This document shows, piece by piece, positions 9,354 to 19,470 of a DNA stretch of 47,923 nt; positions within the stretch are counted from its first letter, which is position 1, and every line of letters starts with the position of its first letter. A program made the translations under genes and the position numbers. Origin of the DNA: an uncultured Fibrobacterota bacterium (GTDB taxonomy: Bacteria; Fibrobacterota; Chitinivibrionia; Chitinivibrionales; FEN-1185); contig CAVWBU010000042.1 in NCBI GenBank assembly GCA_963753345.1, forward strand, positions 1 to 47,923, written 5' to 3'. Below the pieces are notes generated by a model that worked only from the letters and a program-made list of their open reading frames with translations, had not been told where the DNA came from and did no database searches.

Positions 9354-10832
9354 ATGCCTCATTGCGATATCGGAACCATTGTCGCGGGCCTCAATCCGGA
9401 GCAGGCGGCCGCGGTCACCGCGCCGGTGGGCACGCCGCTGCTCGTGCTTGCCGGCGCCGGGTGCGGAAAGACCACGGTGCTCACGAGGCGCATCGCCTTT
9501 CTTGCCGGTGAATTCTGCCCCGCCGGCGCCGTGCTCGCGCTCACCTTCACGCGCGCCGCCGCCCGTGAAATGGCGGAGCGGGTTGCCGCCTTTTCAAAAG
9601 GGAATGCGGGGTCCGCGCCGCCGCTCATCACCACGTTCCACGCCTTCTGCCTCAGGCTTCTGCTTTGGAAAAGCAAGGGGGTGCCTTTGTATACGAGGCT
9701 TGGCTATGCAAAGCGCCCCAGGCTTGTTTCAGAAAAAAACCGTCTCAGGATGATCGCCGAGGCTTCCACGCGCGAGGAGCGGCTCCTGCTGTGCGCCGAC
9801 GTGCTCGAACTTTCGGCCGTGCTTGCCCGGCGCGCCGTCTTCAACGCCGGCACGCCCGGGCCGCCGGACATCGAGGCCGTCGTCCTTGACATCGAGCGAA
9901 AGTATGGGCGGGCGAAAAAGAAGGCCGGTCTCTGGGATTTTGCCGATTTCATTGCCGGCGCGCTGGAGCTGATGGACAACCATGTGCAGGCCGTGTCGGG
10001 ATTCCTGTCCCGGTTTCGCGCCGTTCTAGTCGACGAATTCCAGGACACGAACCCGGCGCAGATACGGCTCCTTGAGAAGATCATTGTCCCTGCGATGCCG
10101 CTGTTCGCCGTGGGCGACGACGATCAGGCAATTTACGGATTCCAGGGCGCGGACCGCACTGCCGTTCTCGAATTCGGCGCCAGATTTCCCGGCGCAAGCA
10201 TTCTCAAACTGCAAACCAACTACCGGAGCACGCCGGCGATCCTATCGGCCGCAAACAGGATTTTCAGAAGCAAGCCGAAGGCATTCAGGAAAGTGCTTGT
10301 TGCCGGACGCAGCGGCGCAGGAAGCGCGCCGCAGCGGCGTGCGGTGAAGAACATTGTTTTCGAATCGGAAGAAGACATGGTGTCGTGGCTCGCGGCTTGC
10401 GTGGAAAGGCTTGCGGGCGAGAACGGTGTCGCGCCTTCCGGCGTCGCCGTGCTCTTCCGGCTCAACCAGACGCTTGACAGAGTGGATTCGATGCTGTTGG
10501 CCCGGTTGCCCTCCCGCGAGCGCCGGCCGCAGCTCCTCACGGTTCACAAGAGCAAGGGGAGGGAATTCGAGGCGGTGTTCCTGTGCGATCTCGAGGAGGG
10601 CGTGTTTCCTAAAAAGCAAGTGCATGGCGCCACTGTCTCCTGGCGCGAAAGAATGGCCGACCTGCTCGGCATCACCAATGACGACCACGGCGAGATGGGC
10701 GAGGAGAAACGTCTGTTTTACGTCGGCGTCACCCGGGCCAAGCGGTTCTTGTGGCTCGTGTCGGTGAGAAACAAGGAGCTGTACGGCCGGACCCGGAGAC
10801 TGGAGCCGTCGAGGTTTTTAAGGTTGATTTGA
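9354..10832 (+). CDS. UvrD/Rep/PcrA-family SF1A helicase, compact (492 aa)
   Basis: LNPEQ Q-motif, AGAGCGKT, LVDEFQDTN, VGDDDQAIYGF, NYRS, TVHKSKGREF, EEKRLFYVGVTRA. Confidence 0.9.
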   Translation: MPHCDIGTIVAGLNPEQAAAVTAPVGTPLLVLAGAGCGKTTVLTRRIAFLAGEFCPAGAVLALTFTRAAAREMAERVAAFSKGNAGSAPPLITTFHAFCLRLLLWKSKGVPLYTRLGYAKRPRLVSEKNRLRMIAEASTREERLLLCADVLELSAVLARRAVFNAGTPGPPDIEAVVLDIERKYGRAKKKAGLWDFADFIAGALELMDNHVQAVSGFLSRFRAVLVDEFQDTNPAQIRLLEKIIVPAMPLFAVGDDDQAIYGFQGADRTAVLEFGARFPGASILKLQTNYRSTPAILSAANRIFRSKPKAFRKVLVAGRSGAGSAPQRRAVKNIVFESEEDMVSWLAACVERLAGENGVAPSGVAVLFRLNQTLDRVDSMLLARLPSRERRPQLLTVHKSKGREFEAVFLCDLEEGVFPKKQVHGATVSWRERMADLLGITNDDHGEMGEEKRLFYVGVTRAKRFLWLVSVRNKELYGRTRRLEPSRFLRLI

Positions 10833-10870
10833 GAGAAATAGAGTTTTGATAAGATAAATGATGTTCAAGT

Positions 10871-11270
10871 GGGGGAGGTATCCCCCTAGCTCCGGCCCGG
10901 CTTGACACCGGTCCTCCGCTACCCCCTCCTGGGTGGCCGCCTTGACAAAGCAGATGCGAGACCATGCATTGTTGTGGCGGCACCCACGAGTGATTGCTGA
11001 CGGGCCCAATTTGAAGAGTTGAAAAGTTCAAATCAAGCGTATTGCTTTTTCCCCCTGAGGATTCGGCTGGCGCAAGAAGCAACCTTGACCGAATAGATTT
11101 CTCATGCCGCGCGTTAGGTGGACCGGAGGGTGAGCAGGAGCGAATTGCTGCCTGACCCGGCCCGAAGGCCATCGCGGCAGGCGGCAACGAGGCCGAACGG
11201 CCGAGCCCGTAGGGAGACCGACCCCATGTAGAGCCGCACGGTCGTGCGACTCCACATGGGGGAACGCCCA
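10871..11270 (+). repeat. Bipartite intergenic repeat copy 2 (A 10871-10990, B 11106-11270)
   Basis: Same A and B consensus blocks as copy 1, with compensated stems; AGTTGAAA-type 8-mers at 11009-11032. Confidence 0.9.
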
Positions 11271-11338
11271 GTTCTTTTTTTGAGTCTTGCAGGCTTGGAA
11301 CATTAATTCGACTCCTTCAATTATTTTACCCCCAGCCC

Positions 11339-11977
11339 ATGAAGCTCGCCATCACCAAATTCGTCACCGGCCCTCTCGAAACCAACACCTACGTCGTTGC
11401 CGCGGGGCAAAAGCCCGCGCTGGTTATCGATCCGTCAAGCAACTGCAACGAGCTGATCGGTCATTTGAAATCAAATAAAGCGACGGTCGAGGCGATCCTC
11501 CTCACGCACGGCCATTTCGACCACTTGCTCGGCATTACGGAAATCCGCGACTATGCCCCCGGCGCGCAAGTCTGGGTCCATCCCGCGGAAAAACCATTAT
11601 TGACAAATGCCGAATTCAACGGTTCATTCATGATCGGCATGGCATTCTCGTACCCCGGCCCCACGTGCGACCTGGCGGAAGGGCTCTGCACCGTGGGCGC
11701 CTATTCGTTCGATGTGCTTTACACGCCGGGACACAGCCCGGGCGGCGTGGCATTCGTGTTTCGGGAGGGAAAGGAGACGCACTGCGTATCCGGCGATTCC
11801 CTTTTCGCAGGCTCCATTGGACGCTACGACTTTCCAGGAAGTGACGGAGCCCTGTTGCTGAAGAATATAAAGGAGAAACTGCTCGCGCTTCCGGACGATA
11901 CCGTGGTGTATCCGGGGCACGGGGGAAGAACCACGATAGGCAGGGAACGCAGGCTCAATCCGTTTCTTGTGGAATAG
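11339..11977 (+). CDS. MBL-fold metallo-hydrolase (glyoxalase II/YcbL-like)
   Basis: THGHFDH, TPGHSPG, SGDSLF, YPGHG motifs. Confidence 0.92.
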   Translation: MKLAITKFVTGPLETNTYVVAAGQKPALVIDPSSNCNELIGHLKSNKATVEAILLTHGHFDHLLGITEIRDYAPGAQVWVHPAEKPLLTNAEFNGSFMIGMAFSYPGPTCDLAEGLCTVGAYSFDVLYTPGHSPGGVAFVFREGKETHCVSGDSLFAGSIGRYDFPGSDGALLLKNIKEKLLALPDDTVVYPGHGGRTTIGRERRLNPFLVE

Positions 11978-11985
11978 GGCTTCCC

Positions 11986-12894
11986 GTGAACACCCTTCCT
12001 CACCTCACCTCCTTTCTTTCCTATCTCAAGCTGGAAAAGACGCTCAGCGCCAACACGATTGCGTCGTACGAATTCGACCTCCATCGCCTCTGCGCGTATT
12101 GTTCGCGGAACGGGGTGCAGCGGCTCGATGACGTGTCGCCCGATCTTCTGCACCGGTACGTGCGCGACCTGCACGACATCGGTTTCGCTTCCACGTCGAT
12201 CCAGCGCACGCTGTCGTCCATGAGGGCATTTTTCGCATTTGTCATTTCCGAGGGGATTCTGCGCGCAGACCCCACCGAACTGCTGGAGAGCCCCAAATCC
12301 GGCCGGTATCTGCCGTCGGTGCTTACCGTGGAGGAGATTATAAAGGTGCTGGCCGCCGTCAATTGCGCAAAGCGCGGCGGCATCCGCGACCGCGCCATGC
12401 TCGAGACGCTTTACGCAACCGGAATGCGGGTTTCGGAGCTTGCCGCGTTCACGCTCGAACAGATCCTTGCCGCCGAAGGGCTCGTGCGCGTTGTCGGCAA
12501 AGGCTCCAAGGAGCGGATCGTGCCCATCGGCGAGGCCGCGCTTTCGTGGATCGACGATTATTGCAAAACGGAGCGCCCGCTTTTTTCCAAGTCCCATTCC
12601 GACAGCACGGTGTTCCTGGGCAGGACCGGAAAAGGGCTTTCGCGCATGGCGATCTGGAAAATCATTCAGCGCCACGTGAAGGCTGCAGGCGTCACCAAGC
12701 ACGTGTCGCCGCACACGTTCCGCCATTCGTTCGCGACCCACCTTCTGGAAGGCGGCGCCGACCTGCGCGCCGTGCAGGAAATGCTCGGCCACGCCAACAT
12801 CGTGACCACGGAGATCTACACCCATGTTGACCGCGAATACCTCAAGGAAGTGCACCGCACGTTTCATCCGCGCTACGCGAAGCAGGCGCCATGA
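11986..12894 (+). CDS. xerD: Site-specific tyrosine recombinase XerD
   Basis: LSANTIASY, RDRAMLETLYATGMRVSEL, GKGSKER, SPHTFRHSFATHLLEGGADLRAVQEMLGH, catalytic Tyr in TTEIYTH. Confidence 0.93.
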   Translation: MNTLPHLTSFLSYLKLEKTLSANTIASYEFDLHRLCAYCSRNGVQRLDDVSPDLLHRYVRDLHDIGFASTSIQRTLSSMRAFFAFVISEGILRADPTELLESPKSGRYLPSVLTVEEIIKVLAAVNCAKRGGIRDRAMLETLYATGMRVSELAAFTLEQILAAEGLVRVVGKGSKERIVPIGEAALSWIDDYCKTERPLFSKSHSDSTVFLGRTGKGLSRMAIWKIIQRHVKAAGVTKHVSPHTFRHSFATHLLEGGADLRAVQEMLGHANIVTTEIYTHVDREYLKEVHRTFHPRYAKQAP

Positions 12895-14485
12895 AGGGCT
12901 CGCTTGTCCAGATCCATTACCACAACAGGCCGGGCGGCGTTGCCGCGGTGATGGGGCACTATTGCCGCGCATTTCGTGAAGCCTGCGGCGGCCACGGCGC
13001 GTGCGTCATGGTGTGCTGCGCGGGACCGGCGCGCGCGCCCGGATGAGGGAGTGAAAATCGTAAATGTCAAGGAATGCGGCTACCGGACATTCACGTCGGC
13101 CGCCTCGTTTCATGCGGCCGGCCGGTTGCTGCTTGCGCGCCTCGGGAGCATCATCGCCGATCCCTCGCTGCCGCGCCCGGTTATTGTCGCGGGACACAAC
13201 CTCCCCCTGTGCAAGAACGCTGCGCTGTCGCACGCCTTTGCCGGTCTGGCGCGGGACTTCGCCCGCACCGGAGACGATGTCCGCTTTATCTCGGTTGTCC
13301 ACGATTTCGCGGAACAGGGCCGCACAGACCTCATGACGCAGGCGCATCTTCTGGAGCGTCGAGGGATTCGCATCTGGGACGCTCTCTATCCGGATTTGTC
13401 GAACCTGCGCTTTGCGGCGGTTTCGGCAAGCGCGCGCTATGTTCTGCGGAAGGCGGGGTTTCGCGCCTGCCTCGTGCCGAATGCGGTCATCGCTCCGAAT
13501 GGCCGGACAACCGCGGGCGCCTGCACTCGCGGGAAGAGCATACGCGTGCATCGAAACATTGACAATCGCGACCCTGTCCTTTTCTATCCCGGCAGGATCA
13601 TTTCGCGCAAAAACCCTGTCGAGGCGCTCGTGCTGTCGCATGTCTTCTTTTCGTCAACGCTCGTGCTGGGCGAGGACGGGACTTCCGCGGCCGACAGGGC
13701 GTTGTATCGGCGTCTGCAGGCGCTGTGCACGCAGTACAAGGTCCGGGCTGTTTTTGCCGGCGCGAGAAGAACGGGGGATGCGGAGGGGGGCTATTCCCGT
13801 TTGTATAGCAATGCGGATGCGTGCGTTTCGACGTCGGTGCTGGAAGGGTTCGGCTACGGCCTGCGCGAGCCGTGGCTGTACGGCCGGGCGGTAATCGGGA
13901 GGCTTCCGTGCGGGATCGCGCAGGTCGAAATTCCCGGCGGCGCGGGGCTTTACAAACGGTTTTTCGTTCCCAAGGAATGGATCGATGTCGAGGCGCTCAA
14001 ACGTCTCTACCTCCGACAGATGAGGCTCTGCTTCGGCAGTCGTTCGGCAACAGACAGCGCCGGCGCATTTTCCAAAGCCTTCAACCGCGAGTTTGTCCGC
14101 GGCAACGGCCTCGATTTCGGGTGTCTGGACATTGCCACGCAATGCGCGGTTTTTGAAGCGGTCTGCAGGTCCGGCGCGCTCGCGGAACAATGGAAAAACG
14201 CATTCCCCGGTCAGACGCACGTCGCTGGCCATATCGTTGGAAGAGGCATTGCATCCGTCAACCGGCAGCATTGCCGCAAAACAAAGACAGATAGAGGCCC
14301 GGCACGGCAGGGCCGCGTTTACATTGTCGCTCGCGGCATGTTTCGGAAAGCAAAGGGCTGCGCCGGCAAGCACGCGGCCCGATTGCCGCAGGATCCAGAG
14401 GCATTTCTGCAGCCTTGCGCAGTTCCGCCTCCTCGCTACGCCGCAGGCGCCCGGCGCGCGCCATTGCTGCACAGTTTCCCCTTGA
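12891..14485 (+). pseudogene. Glycosyltransferase family 4 protein with two apparent frameshifts (~13035, ~14215)
   Basis: ATG overlaps the xerD stop and reads MKGSLVQIHYHNRPGGV. The middle frame has YPGRIISRKN and STSVLEGFGYGLREPW. A third frame gives the plausible C-terminus IQRHFCSLAQFRLL, stop 14485. May be consensus error. Confidence 0.75.
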
Positions 14486-14541
14486 CTTTTTTCGACATTC
14501 ATTTGATATTTATGATACGGTTTACATGCGAGGAGGCTTAT

Positions 14542-14862
14542 ATGGCGAACGCAACCAAACACGATCTTATCGTCGAGGTATCGAAGTCCACCGGCCTCAC
14601 CCAGGCCGACACCAAGATCGTCGTGGAGGAGCTCCTCGAAACCATCGCCAAGAATCTTGAGGCGGAAAAAAACATAGAAATACGCGGCTTCGGCACGTTC
14701 TACACTCGTATCCGCAAACCCCGTCCCGCCCGCAACCCCAAGACCGGGGAAGTGGTGCCACTTTACAAAAGGGTAGTGCCGCTGTTCAAGTATTCGGGGG
14801 AATTCAAGGGCACCATTTCGGAGGCATTGCAGAAGAGGGGCTCGCCGCAGTCGCCGAAATAG
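14542..14862 (+). CDS. hup: HU/IHF-family nucleoid protein
   Basis: TKHDLI..., IEIRGFGTF, ARNPKTGE; GGAGG RBS before ATG 14542. Confidence 0.92.
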   Translation: MANATKHDLIVEVSKSTGLTQADTKIVVEELLETIAKNLEAEKNIEIRGFGTFYTRIRKPRPARNPKTGEVVPLYKRVVPLFKYSGEFKGTISEALQKRGSPQSPK

Positions 14863-14886
14863 ACGTTACCACAAGGAAAAAAACAC

Positions 14887-14926
14887 AAGGGCTTTTCCGC
14901 CGAGCGGAGAAGCCCTTCTTCTTTTT
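14887..14926 (+). terminator. Intrinsic terminator after HU (probably bidirectional)
   Basis: AAGGGCTTTTCCGC-CGA-GCGGAGAAGCCCTT stem followed by CTTCTTTTT; A-run on the other side; lies between convergent genes. Confidence 0.8.
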
Positions 14927-14951
14927 AGGCGCGGGTGAAATGAGTGAAGCG

Positions 14952-16616
14952 TCAGGGAAAGTGGAACAGGCATGGACGAGTAAACCCGATCTTCTTTGCG
15001 GCTTGCAGCCCGCCCGGGTCCGTTACCGTAAACGTTATGGTGTCGGTGCCGTCAAACGCCGTGTCTGCGGCGGAGACGGTGTCGATCATGATGTGCCGGT
15101 TGAAGAATTCGGGGAAAGGTATGAGTGCCGCGGATTCCGACGCCTTCAGAAGCCTGGGGGATTTCAGTGAATCCACCTTGAAATGTTTCCCGTTTGAAAA
15201 GCTCCAGCTCAGGCTGGACAGCGCGTCGTTGGGATCGTGCGCGGTGGTGATGGTGTCCAGGTATATGGTATCGGTCCTGAACCCGGAAAAGCATTGTCCG
15301 GAAGGGAAGGTGATCACGGGCGGATAGTTGAACACCGACACAAAGATCGTCGGCTGCGCGGTGGCGTAGAGCTGGTATGTCTTCGCGTTTAAGAGCTTGA
15401 ATGTCAGGTTGATAGTGCCGACCCACATGGTGTCCGCAGGGAAGGGGATCCTGAAAATGTGGCCCGGATCGATCGGAAGCGTTGCATTCGAACTGTCGGT
15501 GATGAGCCATGTCAGCGAGTCCTTTTTGTACGAGGTTGTGTCCTTGATGCTGGTGTCGGCGATGGTAACGCATGTGTCAAGGAATATCGGAGCGAACGGC
15601 TTGCCCTGCGGCTTTGTCCAGATCAGCGACCTTATCAGCGGCGGGAGGTGGGGCGTGCCCTGAACATGCAATGAAAACCGCAGACTTCCCCTGTTGCCGG
15701 CCTGGTCGATCGCCACGATCGAGTCGGGGGTCCTGCCGGTGTCGAGCAGGGAAGCGATGTGCAGCGCAGTGTCGTTATTGTAAACCATGCGGGTATTGTT
15801 GAACAGGACCGAATCGATCCCAACGGCGCTGGTGACGAGTGCCATGATGGTAACCGGTGAAGAAACGGCATTTACGGTGTCGGTGGGCGGCAGGAGCCGT
15901 ATCTGCGGGACTACGGTGTCTTTCACATACAGCGTGCATGCGGCCGTTCTGCTCATGTTTGAATCAAAATCAATGGCGGCCGCATAACAGACGACAGGCG
16001 CCTTGAGGGCGGCCAGCAGCGCCGGTTTCTTTACCGTTCGAGAAATCACCGCGCGGTGCGTTTTGGGCGCAAACGACGTTTCCTGCATCAATGCAGTCGC
16101 CGAGTCAAGCCACGTATCGGCCATCCACACGTTACTGTCCGGGTCGGTGACGGTAAAGGTGACGACAACGGAGTCGGCGGGAAGAACAACGTGAATCGCC
16201 GCCGAATCGGGCGTCACGACGGGCGACATGGCATAGACCGTGACGGTTCTCTTGAGGGAGTCCACGGACTTGTCCGCCTTGACAATTACAACAACGAGCG
16301 CGTAATCGCCTGCGGCTTTCTCGGAAAACGAAAAGGAAAAGGACACCCCGGTCACCGCGCCCGAGGCGATGATGCTGTCGGCGCCGCCCGTGCCGCTGTG
16401 CACGTAGAAACTGTCGATAAGGTTGGGCAGGTACACCTGCACCGTGCATTGCAGCGCGGTGTTCACCCTTACCGAGTCGTTCACTGCGTCGAGTGAATGC
16501 AGGGACATTTGCGGGACGATTTTTGCATCCGCCGGGTTGGAAAAGGGGCTCTTGCCGTTTGTGCACGAAAGAATGAGCGCCGCGCACACCGCCGTCGCGA
16601 GCGCGAGTCTTTTCAT
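14952..16616 (-). CDS. Large lipoprotein with Ig-like/cadherin-like repeats
   Basis: Lipobox LILSC after MKRLALAT; Thr/Ser/Val-rich beta-strand repeats such as TFTVTDP (twice). Confidence 0.8.
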   Translation of the reverse strand: MKRLALATAVCAALILSCTNGKSPFSNPADAKIVPQMSLHSLDAVNDSVRVNTALQCTVQVYLPNLIDSFYVHSGTGGADSIIASGAVTGVSFSFSFSEKAAGDYALVVVIVKADKSVDSLKRTVTVYAMSPVVTPDSAAIHVVLPADSVVVTFTVTDPDSNVWMADTWLDSATALMQETSFAPKTHRAVISRTVKKPALLAALKAPVVCYAAAIDFDSNMSRTAACTLYVKDTVVPQIRLLPPTDTVNAVSSPVTIMALVTSAVGIDSVLFNNTRMVYNNDTALHIASLLDTGRTPDSIVAIDQAGNRGSLRFSLHVQGTPHLPPLIRSLIWTKPQGKPFAPIFLDTCVTIADTSIKDTTSYKKDSLTWLITDSSNATLPIDPGHIFRIPFPADTMWVGTINLTFKLLNAKTYQLYATAQPTIFVSVFNYPPVITFPSGQCFSGFRTDTIYLDTITTAHDPNDALSSLSWSFSNGKHFKVDSLKSPRLLKASESAALIPFPEFFNRHIMIDTVSAADTAFDGTDTITFTVTDPGGLQAAKKIGFTRPCLFHFP

Positions 16617-16651
16617 TTGACAACCCCCTGCATGGTGAATGGCTTCGGCAG

Positions 16652-17386
16652 TCATCTGCCTTCTTCGAGCCTGCTTATCAGAAACTCCGGCATCCTGATT
16701 TTTCTCATTTTTGCCTGAGCCTTCTGCACGTCGTAGGCGATGCGGTGGTAGGTAAAGACCTTGGCGTCGGTGTCGAACGTGCCGTAACAGGAGTTGGCGT
16801 TCCTGTCGCGAGGCTGGCCCACGCTCCCGACATTTATAAGGAAACGCACGTTGGCTAGGGCGCCGTACTCCAGGCTTTCGCCCGGATGCACATACACTTC
16901 CTTTTCCTGCTCGAGCACGATAATGATGGGGATGTGCGTATGACCCACGAAGCAGAATGAGGTTTCGAAAAACTGGAAATTGAATGCCGCCTCTTCAAGG
17001 GAGGTGATGTAGTACCACATGTTCGGCTCATAGGGCGTTGCATGGACAAAGGTGTGGGAATTTCTGTCTTCCTTGAGGGGAAGGGTGAGGAGATAGTCGT
17101 GGCCCGATTTCTTAAGATTGTCGGAGGTCCACTCGATGGCGATTTTCGCATGAATGTTGAAATGCTGGGTGCTCAACATGCCGACGGCGGCCGCGTCGTG
17201 GTTCCCCAGAAGCACAAGGGAACAGGTCTTCCGGACAAGATCGATGCATTCGTTGGGATTCGCGCCGTAACCGACAATGTCGCCGAGACAGAGGATCTCG
17301 TCCACCTTCCGCGTTTCGATGTCGGCGAGAACGGCTTCCAGCGCTTCGATGTTGGCGTGGATGTCTGAAATCAGGGCGATTTTCAT
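16652..17386 (-). CDS. Calcineurin-like metallophosphoesterase
   Basis: SDIHAN, GDIVGYG, GNHD, GHTH, NVGSVGQPRD. Confidence 0.92.
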   Translation of the reverse strand: MKIALISDIHANIEALEAVLADIETRKVDEILCLGDIVGYGANPNECIDLVRKTCSLVLLGNHDAAAVGMLSTQHFNIHAKIAIEWTSDNLKKSGHDYLLTLPLKEDRNSHTFVHATPYEPNMWYYITSLEEAAFNFQFFETSFCFVGHTHIPIIIVLEQEKEVYVHPGESLEYGALANVRFLINVGSVGQPRDRNANSCYGTFDTDAKVFTYHRIAYDVQKAQAKMRKIRMPEFLISRLEEGR

Positions 17387-17388
17387 CG

Positions 17389-18111
17389 TCAGGTGTTTTC
17401 CATGTATCGGAAGGTGCTGGAGCCGATTTCGATCCTGTCTTTGTGGGCCAGCCGGTGGTTCTTCGTCTTCTTGCCGTTCACCTTGAACTGCCCGAGGAGC
17501 TTTGGCGTTCGAATCCAGTATGCGTCGCCTTCGCGCTCGATGACGAGGTGACCCTGGTCCACCAGAAAACCCGAAATGAAGATGTCGTCGTTCTCGGAGT
17601 CGCCCATCGTGACGAGGGGTTTGTCCAGTTTGTAAATAACATGCTTGTTGATCTCGATGAGGACGGCCGACGACGCCGACGGGTCTTTGTTCTGGTCCGG
17701 AACCACCGACGTCTGCTCCCGCGGAAGCGGCGGCTCGCTCATGGCGATTTCCTCGATGATGGGGGCAGGCTCGGACGCCGCTTCTTCGGCAGTCTTTGGT
17801 TCCGGGGTGCCGGAGGAGGCTTCAAAGAGGATGGCGTACTTGCCGATGGTGATCTTGTCACCGTCGGAGAGTGTGACCTTCTTTACTTTTGCGTTGTTGA
17901 CATACGTTCCGTTGAGCGAATTGAGGTCCGAGAGCACATAATCGCCCTGGGTCGTACGCTCGATCTTCGAATGCCGCCGGGAAATGCCCATGTTGGAAAT
18001 GCAAATGGTATTCTCGGGCAGGCGTCCTATCGTAATAACCGGATCGTCGAGCTCGTACGACTTGACAAGTTCGCTATCGAAGAAAACGATGAATTTAACC
18101 ATTTCAGCCAT
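17389..18111 (-). CDS. Tandem FHA-domain protein
   Basis: FHA1 is canonical (IGR...ISRRH...SLNGTYVN). A Pro/Glu-rich linker leads to a degenerate FHA2 that lacks the GR and SxxH phospho-Thr residues. Confidence 0.88.
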   Translation of the reverse strand: MAEMVKFIVFFDSELVKSYELDDPVITIGRLPENTICISNMGISRRHSKIERTTQGDYVLSDLNSLNGTYVNNAKVKKVTLSDGDKITIGKYAILFEASSGTPEPKTAEEAASEPAPIIEEIAMSEPPLPREQTSVVPDQNKDPSASSAVLIEINKHVIYKLDKPLVTMGDSENDDIFISGFLVDQGHLVIEREGDAYWIRTPKLLGQFKVNGKKTKNHRLAHKDRIEIGSSTFRYMENT

Positions 18112-18571
18112 GCCGATGACCTTTTATGAGCAAAAATATACAATCTAAGCCGGCTAGGTGCAAAACACCAATTATTAATACCTCAACATTTTTATTATAC
18201 CTTAAGAAACGGAATTTCACAATACCTTGTCAATCCCGCCCATGATTTGTTTGGCCGGGCGGGATTTGTGCGGCTTTGCGTGCGCACCGGCCCTCCTTGC
18301 GGCTGCCGGCCTTTCCGCGGCACAACGGTCAGAATGGCCGTTTCCGGTCATCCGAAGACTTCGGATCGCAGGAGTGAAAATATGTTCTTCACCTGAGCGT
18401 ATTAATTGCTCTTGTCTTTATTTTAACCCGATTTCTCTGAACCCTGAAAATCAGCTGAAGCGTTCAAATTCTTCTCCGGACTTGGGATAATCTATTATAT
18501 TATGTCATGTTTTGCCGAAAGAACCGGCCCTTTCACCCAGCACAATTGCTTGAAGTACCCGCGGGGGATAG

Positions 18572-18907
18572 ATGCCTGAAATAGGATCCTACAGGAATGT
18601 ATTTGACGATCAAAACGAGTTCAACAAGCTCAACGATCTTATTCTCGCCGCAATTCAGGATTTCTCCTCCTATCGCAAGGGAAACCTTACCTACGGTGAA
18701 ATAATGTTCGTGCTCGAATGCGTTCTCGATTCGCTTCGCGGCGCCTCGGAAAAAGACGCGCAGGCGGGCACCAGGATAAAAGGTCTCAGCGAGGCGCCGA
18801 CATTTTCCACGCTGCTGTCGATCACCTCCCGGCTTGTCGAGGTTATGGTTAAAAAAGGCATCATCGGCTCCGGCGACGAGGGTTTCATTCTTCACGGAGA
18901 CAAGTAG
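18572..18907 (+). CDS. Small hypothetical protein
   Basis: 111-aa ORF heading the anti-sigma cluster; GGGGG upstream. Confidence 0.65.
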   Translation: MPEIGSYRNVFDDQNEFNKLNDLILAAIQDFSSYRKGNLTYGEIMFVLECVLDSLRGASEKDAQAGTRIKGLSEAPTFSTLLSITSRLVEVMVKKGIIGSGDEGFILHGDK

Positions 18908-18946
18908 GTCGGCGGAGTTTTCTTCTGAAACGTTTCGGAGAATTCG

Positions 18947-19402
18947 ATGGATACCGAGAATCCGCATGTTTTCAAGGTGAAGTTTCCTTCCGACCTCGAC
19001 TATGTGGGACCGGTAAGGAAATTCGTGGCCGAAACCCTCGGGGTTTGCAAGTTCTCGCCGAAATTCGCCTATCGTTCCGAAGTGATTGTCGACGAGATTT
19101 GCCACAACGCGATCACCCATGGTTCACGCACCGTGGATGCCGCCGTGGAGCTTCAATGCAAGATTTTTCCCGACCGTTTCGAATTCCAGGTGAACGACCA
19201 GGGCGGAAAGAAAGACGACATCGACCGCCTCAAGAACGCGATGAAAAAGGCGGACGCGCATGTCGCCGATTTCACGCAGGACAAGGAGGCCCGCGGCCTC
19301 GGACTTGAGATCGTGCGGCTGTTGTCCGAAGAGATCAAGATGGAAATCGGTGCGGACAACATGACCACCGTCCGGGTCGTGCGCAAGAGGGAAGACGCCT
19401 GA
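18947..19402 (+). CDS. RsbW/SpoIIAB-like anti-sigma factor / Ser kinase (HATPase_c_2)
   Basis: VDEICHNAITHG N-box, VNDQG, RGLGLEIV. Confidence 0.88.
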   Translation: MDTENPHVFKVKFPSDLDYVGPVRKFVAETLGVCKFSPKFAYRSEVIVDEICHNAITHGSRTVDAAVELQCKIFPDRFEFQVNDQGGKKDDIDRLKNAMKKADAHVADFTQDKEARGLGLEIVRLLSEEIKMEIGADNMTTVRVVRKREDA

Positions 19403-19470
19403 CGGAGATTTGCAATCGGGAAGTTCGCAGGTTCGGACAGTGAAACAGGAAGGCCGATCGGGACCAGCGT

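Noticed and set aside
13044-13046. TGA as selenocysteine or readthrough in the glycosyltransferase
   Set aside because: Homology continues in a different frame, so this is a frameshift rather than a recoded stop.
12976-14862. Apparent 628-aa glycosyltransferase-HU fusion
   Set aside because: Produced by the frameshift near 14215. HU has its own GGAGG RBS and ATG at 14542, and the glycosyltransferase C-terminus is in another frame ending at 14485.
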